This document shows positions 7,249 through 12,088 of a DNA stretch of 12,088 nucleotides, one piece after another. The stretch lies in NCBI GenBank assembly GCA_037446635.1, contig JBBIIG010000044.1:20328-32415 (forward strand), read 5' to 3'. Position numbers and translations under genes: made by a program. Numbering within the stretch: position 1 is the first letter of the stretch; every line of letters starts with the position of its first letter. The notes beneath the pieces were generated by a model, which worked only from the letters and a program-made list of their open reading frames with translations, was not told the DNA's origin and made no database searches. The stretch is from a bacterium (GTDB taxonomy: Bacteria > Zhuqueibacterota > Zhuqueibacteria > Oceanimicrobiales > Oceanimicrobiaceae).

Positions 7249-8016
7249 ATGGCAGAGATCATTTATGGCCGCAACCCGGTTTGGGAAGCGCTGAAGGCGC
7301 GCCTGAAATTTGAGAAAATTTTGGTTGCTGAAAATGCAACCGACCCGCGCCTTTTGGAAATTATCGCCCGCGCGCAAAAGGCTGGAATTTTTGTGCAGCG
7401 GGCGCCGCTCAAAAAATTGGCGGAGATCGCCGGCGCCGTCAACTCGCAGGGCGTCGTAGGGTTGATCCACCAGCAAAGGTATGATGACCTGGATGATATT
7501 TTAAAAATCAGCTCCGCCCGGCAGGAGCCGCCGCTGTTGGCGTTGTTGGATGGATTGGAGGATCCGCACAATCTCGGCGCCATCATCCGTGCGGCCGATG
7601 GCGCCGGCATTCACGGATTGATTTTGCCGAAACGGCGCACTGTGGGCTTGACCAGCGGCGCGATGAAAAGCTCGGCCGGGGCCGCGGCGCATGTGAGGCT
7701 CGCTCAGGTAACAAATCTCAATCAGTGCATCGATCAGCTTAAAAAGAAAAATATTTGGATCGCGGGCGCGGATCAAAACGCCCGCCAACTTTATTATGAA
7801 GCGGATTTATCCGGCGCACTCGGAATCGTCGTGGGCGGCGAAGGCAAGGGACTGCATCGGTTAGTCAAAGAGAAATGCGATTTCCTGGTCAAGATTCCGA
7901 TGTACGGGAAAGTCAATTCGTTAAACGCGGCCGTCGCCGCGGCGCTGATTTTTTTCGAAGCGCGCCGTCAGCGCTCAGCCCCCAGCGCTACGCCTCCTCC
8001 ACCCCGCCTTCCATAA
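7249..8016 (+). CDS. rlmB: 23S rRNA (guanosine-2'-O)-methyltransferase RlmB, SpoU/TrmH family (255 aa)
   Basis: IYGRNPVWEAL, LDGLEDPHNLGAIIRAAD, KSSAGA, VGGEGKGL, IPMYGKVNSLNAAVA, FEARRQR. Confidence 0.93.
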   Translation: MAEIIYGRNPVWEALKARLKFEKILVAENATDPRLLEIIARAQKAGIFVQRAPLKKLAEIAGAVNSQGVVGLIHQQRYDDLDDILKISSARQEPPLLALLDGLEDPHNLGAIIRAADGAGIHGLILPKRRTVGLTSGAMKSSAGAAAHVRLAQVTNLNQCIDQLKKKNIWIAGADQNARQLYYEADLSGALGIVVGGEGKGLHRLVKEKCDFLVKIPMYGKVNSLNAAVAAALIFFEARRQRSAPSATPPPPRLP

Positions 8017-8281
8017 ACTCTTCGATGGTGACCGCGGCCAGGGTCTCGGCGCGAAAGTTCCCCTGCGCGGCAATTTCGGCGCTGACCCTCGCCGCCGATT
8101 TCGCGTCCGGTGCGTCGATAATGGCGACCAGATCGTAGTTGCCCAAAGTTGTGTAAAGATGAACGACTTTGGTGTCGTACTTTTCCATGACTTTTCTGGC
8201 GTCTTGAATCATTTTGGGAAGATTCTGAATGTTCTTCGCTCCCTGTTCGGTAAGATTGACGAGGCGAATAAAAGTGGGCAT
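7988..8281 (-). CDS. GYD domain-containing protein (97 aa)
   Basis: RBS AGGAGG before ATG 8281. MPTFIRLVNLTEQGAKNI...YTTLGNYDLVAIIDAPD...GNFRAETL matches the GYD family pattern. Confidence 0.88.
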   Translation of the reverse strand: MPTFIRLVNLTEQGAKNIQNLPKMIQDARKVMEKYDTKVVHLYTTLGNYDLVAIIDAPDAKSAARVSAEIAAQGNFRAETLAAVTIEEFMEGGVEEA

Positions 8282-8386
8282 GACGACCTCCTGGCGGTAC
8301 CAAACTTGGTTCAAAGGGTTGCGGTTATCATTGGCTCAGAGATTTCAAACTCGGTTGAGGTGATCGTGGTTAATTGAGGAGAAATT

Positions 8387-8473
8387 TGGTGCCGAAGGTG
8401 GGAGTCGAACCCACACGTCCTTTCGGACACACGGCCCTGAACCGTGCGCGTCTACCAGTTTCACCACTTCGGC
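8387..8473 (-). tRNA. tRNA-Leu (anticodon CAG), 87 nt, CCA encoded
   Basis: Reverse complement GCCGAAG...CTTCGGC-ACCA acceptor stem; anticodon arm CACGG-TTCAGGG-CCGTG; long variable arm GTCC-GAAA-GGAC; T-arm GTGGG-TTCGACT-CCCAC. Confidence 0.98.
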
Positions 8474-8486
8474 AAATAACTGGCGA

Positions 8487-8515
8487 AATGTAAACAACGC
8501 GCTCCAAAAAGTCAA
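8487..8515 (-). promoter_or_regulatory. sigma70-type promoter of tRNA-Leu
   Basis: Minus strand TTGACT (8515-8510), 17 bp, TACATT (8492-8487), ending 13 bp before the tRNA 5' end. Confidence 0.75.
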
Positions 8516-8522
8516 TGATATT

Positions 8523-9785
8523 TTATTCGCCGTTCATTCGCATACGGGCGTACAAAGTTTTGGGAGTGATGCCAAGCATTTTCGCCGCCTTGGATTTGTT
8601 GCCCATGGTGCGCCGCAGCGTTTTTTTTATGTGCTCGTGAATCATATCGTCCAACGTTGGGTAGGAAGAATTGCCGATGTCTGAAAAATTCAGTTGATGC
8701 AAATGCTTGGGAAACGCGATGGCATCCGGACACGTCAACAGCAGAGATTCAAGCACAACATGCAGCTCATCGTAATTGAGCGGCCAGTTATAATCCGCAA
8801 AAACCTCGTGCAGCTCTTCGGAAATTTTTTCGACGCGGCTGTACCTTTCTCTTTTCAGCTTATCAAACATCAGCGCCACAATCTCACGCAAATCATGTTT
8901 TCGCAGCCGCAGCGGCTCTACCCGGAACTCAACTTTGGATAACCGCTGCAAAAGCAATTTCAACGTTCGGCTCTCACTTTGGGCTTCATCGAGATGGCTG
9001 GCCGTAGAGACAATCAATCGGAATTGCGGCAAAAACCCGCCGTTGTTCTCGGCGCCGCTTTCGAGTTGATCCAGAATTTTAAGCAGGTAAGATTGTTCTT
9101 CGCCGTCTAATTTTTCGACGCCCTCCAGATAGAGTGTATCCCCGTGCTGCAAATTGTGAGGAATAATGTTCTTTAGATTTTCGCTGCACACTTTTTTGAA
9201 AAACAGCTTATTATCAATCTCCTGGCTGATCACTTTGGCCAGCATGTAGGGCCGCGTTCCAATCTCGGTTCGAATCAGAACCGGCGCTTTATTGGTCAGG
9301 GAGTCGTAGCCGCGAATTTTATCTACGATATCATTGACGTCCAGCTTGAGCAATTTCTGATAATACTTAACCTTTTCGCGATCGTCGCGCTCGTAATTCT
9401 CAAGCTTTCGCATGATGCGATTGTACGCGATGGCGCTTTGGATGGTCAATTTCAAGTCCATCATATCGATGGGCTTGCCGTGATATTGGAACACGCCCAT
9501 TTTCAAAAACTCATGCCGCAGCACAATGTCCTGCCCGGAGATGATGACCATCGGGATGGTCGGATTGGACTTCAATAATTTCTCCACCATGGCAAAGGGG
9601 TCCACGCTCAAGCCCGGCATATTCACATCCAAAATCGTGGCATTCAGCCGCCAGAGATTCGATTCGAATATTTCCAGCACCTCATTCCAATTTCTGGCGA
9701 TGAGCAGGTTGTAATCCTTCTGCAGCAGCCGAACGATAAAATCCAAAAAAGTTTGCTCGTCATCTGCGACAAGTAAAGTCGTCAT
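8523..9785 (-). CDS. NtrC-like response regulator: receiver + degenerate sigma54-activator AAA+ domain + Fis-type HTH (420 aa)
   Basis: Receiver motifs LLVADDE, ILDVNMPG, IISG and GKP. Central remnants FRLIVST, RLSKVEFRVEPLRLRKHD, YNWPLNYDEL. C-terminal HIKKTLRRTMGNKSKAAKMLGITPKTLY. Confidence 0.88.
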   Translation of the reverse strand: MTTLLVADDEQTFLDFIVRLLQKDYNLLIARNWNEVLEIFESNLWRLNATILDVNMPGLSVDPFAMVEKLLKSNPTIPMVIISGQDIVLRHEFLKMGVFQYHGKPIDMMDLKLTIQSAIAYNRIMRKLENYERDDREKVKYYQKLLKLDVNDIVDKIRGYDSLTNKAPVLIRTEIGTRPYMLAKVISQEIDNKLFFKKVCSENLKNIIPHNLQHGDTLYLEGVEKLDGEEQSYLLKILDQLESGAENNGGFLPQFRLIVSTASHLDEAQSESRTLKLLLQRLSKVEFRVEPLRLRKHDLREIVALMFDKLKRERYSRVEKISEELHEVFADYNWPLNYDELHVVLESLLLTCPDAIAFPKHLHQLNFSDIGNSSYPTLDDMIHEHIKKTLRRTMGNKSKAAKMLGITPKTLYARMRMNGE

Positions 9786-10071
9786 TGGCCAACGCCTTTT
9801 CCAATTCTTTTCAGAGATATTTAATGCGGAGTATTGAAAATAAAAAATCCCTTCTAAAATTCCAGTTTTATTACCAAAAATTAAATTGAAAATAAAAAAT
9901 TACAGGCTTCGACTCGGTCAACAAAAAAATGAGGGTTCTTAAAAGTTCTTCACGTTCTGATTGCCAGAATACACTGTCTCATTACAAACCACCCTTTTGG
10001 ACACAAATCGACCAAAACGACAAGACCTAAGTATATTAAAACATTATTACCTATAAATTAACCAGATCCAC

Positions 10072-10087
10072 TGGCATACTTGTTGCT
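10072..10087 (+). promoter_or_regulatory. sigma54 (-24/-12) promoter
   Basis: TGGCAT-ACTTG-TTGCT matches TGGCAC-N5-TTGCW with exact GG-N10-GC spacing. It lies about 60 bp upstream of ATG 10147, after an AT-rich region. Confidence 0.75.
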
Positions 10088-10146
10088 TAAAACGAGGTGA
10101 AGTCATGGACGACTTTAACCAACAACTAACTGAAGGAAGGTGCAAC

Positions 10147-11154
10147 ATGAAAAAGCTCATCAGTCTCACAGCAATGTGGTTGATGTTTGTACCTTTGAGT
10201 GCAACATTAGCGCAAGATTCCGGGTTTTTGTGGATCAAGACATTCCTCCCCGGCAGCGCTGAGCTGAGTGACCCGAGCATCGATCAGCAGGCGCTGGCAA
10301 GATTAGACAGCTTGATGCAGGATCCCGATCTGGAGGTGACGTTCCTCGGCGCCGCGGATAGCATTGGCTGGTATCTGGAAGGCAGAAAAGTTAACGATAA
10401 AATCGCCGAAGCCTGGAACGACGCCAAACGGCTGAGCCGGGCGCGGGCGCTGCGGGCGCGGTACGGCCGCGGCCATATCGGCATCACGCACGACAGCGTG
10501 GCCGGCGTAAAAGTCATTTGGACGCGCACGGCGGGAGCCAACAAGTACACCCAACAAATCGAACATTTGCAGCGCGAACTTGAGGACGTCAAAAGCAACC
10601 TTGAAAGCCTGATACCGGAAACAGCCGACGCCCGTGGCAACGCAACCAGTGGCCGTAACGGCACCAACGGCCACAGCACCAACGGCAAAAACGGCCACGC
10701 GAAGTACACCATTAAAGACGGCTTAACCTTCAACTGGCGGCTGCAAGCCGGCATGTGGACGTGGCAATCGGGCTCGAACGGCAGCCTGGTCTCGCCGTCG
10801 CTGGCGTTGAATATCATCGTCAACAAAACCGCTTTTGTCTTGCAGGGCGGGGTAACCCCCTGGCACCAAACCACGGCGTTCGGAAATAAATCCGAATCCT
10901 TTGTCTATGCCGGCGTCAAACACATGAGGTCCGATCACTTCGGTCTCTCGGCGGGCGTTTTCAGGGGCTGGGAGTTTTTCACCTCTACTGACAACTGGCT
11001 GTTCAAAACCACCGGCTTGGCTACAGGCATCGTGGTGGTTTACGGGCGTTTCGAGCTCACCCCGATGCTGACGCTTTCCAATATCAACACGTTGGAAACA
11101 GATTCGCAGTGGAAAGTGGGCAGCACGGTAGGGCTTAATTTTAACATTAACTAA
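10147..11154 (+). CDS. Exported protein: signal peptide, OmpA-like domain, coiled coil, NG-rich linker, probable C-terminal outer-membrane beta-barrel (335 aa)
   Basis: Start ATG 10147 follows GAAGGAAGG. Signal peptide MKKLISLTAMWLMFVPLSATLA-Q. FLPGSAEL...VTFLGAADSIG...WNDAKRLSRARAL resembles the OmpA-C pattern. The last ~130 aa are aromatic/Gly-rich alternating strands ending VGLNFNIN. Confidence 0.7.
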   Translation: MKKLISLTAMWLMFVPLSATLAQDSGFLWIKTFLPGSAELSDPSIDQQALARLDSLMQDPDLEVTFLGAADSIGWYLEGRKVNDKIAEAWNDAKRLSRARALRARYGRGHIGITHDSVAGVKVIWTRTAGANKYTQQIEHLQRELEDVKSNLESLIPETADARGNATSGRNGTNGHSTNGKNGHAKYTIKDGLTFNWRLQAGMWTWQSGSNGSLVSPSLALNIIVNKTAFVLQGGVTPWHQTTAFGNKSESFVYAGVKHMRSDHFGLSAGVFRGWEFFTSTDNWLFKTTGLATGIVVVYGRFELTPMLTLSNINTLETDSQWKVGSTVGLNFNIN

Positions 11155-11165
11155 AAAGCACATTC

Positions 11166-12088
11166 ATGTTAGTACATAAACTAAAAAAGATTGGCAAAGG
11201 CCTTGGGCAGGCCTGCCTGCACCGGCAGGCGGGCAACCTGATCGTTAGCGCTGGCGTGGCGCTGGCCCTCTATGCCATGGGCTGCAGCAAAGCGCAGACG
11301 CCAATCGGACCACAAAAGAGCACCACCCTGGACGTGACCGCCATCACCCCGGACGGCGCTAGTGTGGACTCGGCGAAGGTTTTCCTGAATGGCCAACTCG
11401 CCGGCTACACGCCCTATAAAAATGAAACCATTGCACCGGGGGTGCTGGCGCTTCGGGTCATGAAGGACGGTTATCAAATATACACCGAGCAGATTGTAAT
11501 TGAAGAAGATCGAAAATATAATATCGAAGCGGTGCTCTCGCCCATTCCGGTCAACGAGGGCGAGCTGCTCATCACCGTCAACGAAGATTCGGCGTTGGTG
11601 CGAGTGAAAGATTCGCAGGAAAACATCGTCGTTGAAACCGATAAGCGCGTGTCGTCGCACGTTCTGCCCAGCGGCGCCTACGTGGTGTCGGCAGAAAAAG
11701 CTGGATACACCACAGTAGTCAGGGCTGTCGAGGTGGTTTCGGGAAAGGTTACCACGGTTAACCTGGAGCTGACCCGACCCGGCACGACCCCGCAAGCCCC
11801 CACTCTGCAATTCCAGATTCTGGAAGACACCGTGCAGGTAGGCGTGGCATTTACTCTGACCTGGCAGTCCAATGGCCGGCAAGTCATCATCGATCAGGGC
11901 GTCGGCACTCGCGGTCCCAGCGGCTCGGAAAAAGTTATCTCTATTTCCACCGGATTGAAAGTTTTTACCGCCACAGCGTACGGCGAAAACAATCTGGTCA
12001 CCGCTAAAACCGATTCCGTATTCATCGCCCCCAAACCCGTGAATGCGCCGACGCTGAATTTCTCGGTTCTGGCCGACAGCATCGTCTA
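11166..12088 (+). CDS. PEGA-domain lipoprotein with downstream Ig-like repeats, partial (runs off the window; absent from the ORF track)
   Basis: Hand translation from ATG 11166 is open to the window end: MLVHKLKKIG...VALALYAMG-C (lipobox Cys codon at 11283). Two PEGA-like units (AKVFLNGQLAGYTP...PG...LRVMKDGY; LPSGAYVVSAEKAGY...V..GKVTTVNLEL), then repeats beginning APTLQF and APTLNF. Confidence 0.82.
   Translation, partial: MLVHKLKKIGKGLGQACLHRQAGNLIVSAGVALALYAMGCSKAQTPIGPQKSTTLDVTAITPDGASVDSAKVFLNGQLAGYTPYKNETIAPGVLALRVMKDGYQIYTEQIVIEEDRKYNIEAVLSPIPVNEGELLITVNEDSALVRVKDSQENIVVETDKRVSSHVLPSGAYVVSAEKAGYTTVVRAVEVVSGKVTTVNLELTRPGTTPQAPTLQFQILEDTVQVGVAFTLTWQSNGRQVIIDQGVGTRGPSGSEKVISISTGLKVFTATAYGENNLVTAKTDSVFIAPKPVNAPTLNFSVLADSIV
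11211..11234. repeat. 24-bp GC-rich palindrome inside the coding sequence
   Basis: GCCTGCCTGC-ACCG-GCAGGCGGGC forms a 10-bp stem with one wobble pair and spans exactly 8 codons in frame. Confidence 0.65.

Noticed and set aside
8398..8414. tRNA-Leu T-arm nearly identical to the tmRNA T-arm in inverted orientation (possible inversion or att site)
   Set aside because: The 16/17 match is explained by general T-arm conservation, the acceptor strands differ, and I saw no duplicate of the tRNA-Leu 3' end in the window.

Overview
Bacterial chromosomal window, mostly housekeeping and accessory genes. From left to right it holds: a tandem REP/BIME-like palindrome array; a blaI-blaR1-type (M56 peptidase) pair on the minus strand with a TACA-N2-TGTA operator; the tmRNA gene ssrA (tag ADNYAYAVAA); a 595-bp integrase-less islet, bounded by a perfect 32-bp duplication of the ssrA 3' end, carrying one PD-(D/E)XK (DUF3782-like) gene; genes for a DJ-1/PfpI protein, a small Rho-N-like basic protein, EgtD, an HNH nuclease, an SRPBCC protein, RlmB and a GYD protein; tRNA-Leu(CAG); an NtrC-like regulator with a degenerate AAA+ domain; and, divergent from it, a sigma54-type promoter ahead of two envelope genes. 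These two encode an OmpA-like-domain plus C-terminal barrel protein, and a PEGA lipoprotein that runs off the window and is missing from the ORF track. The best candidates for new biology are the one-gene ssrA islet and the pseudo-enhancer-binding-protein/sigma54 envelope locus. All family calls come from motif recognition by eye, not database searches.
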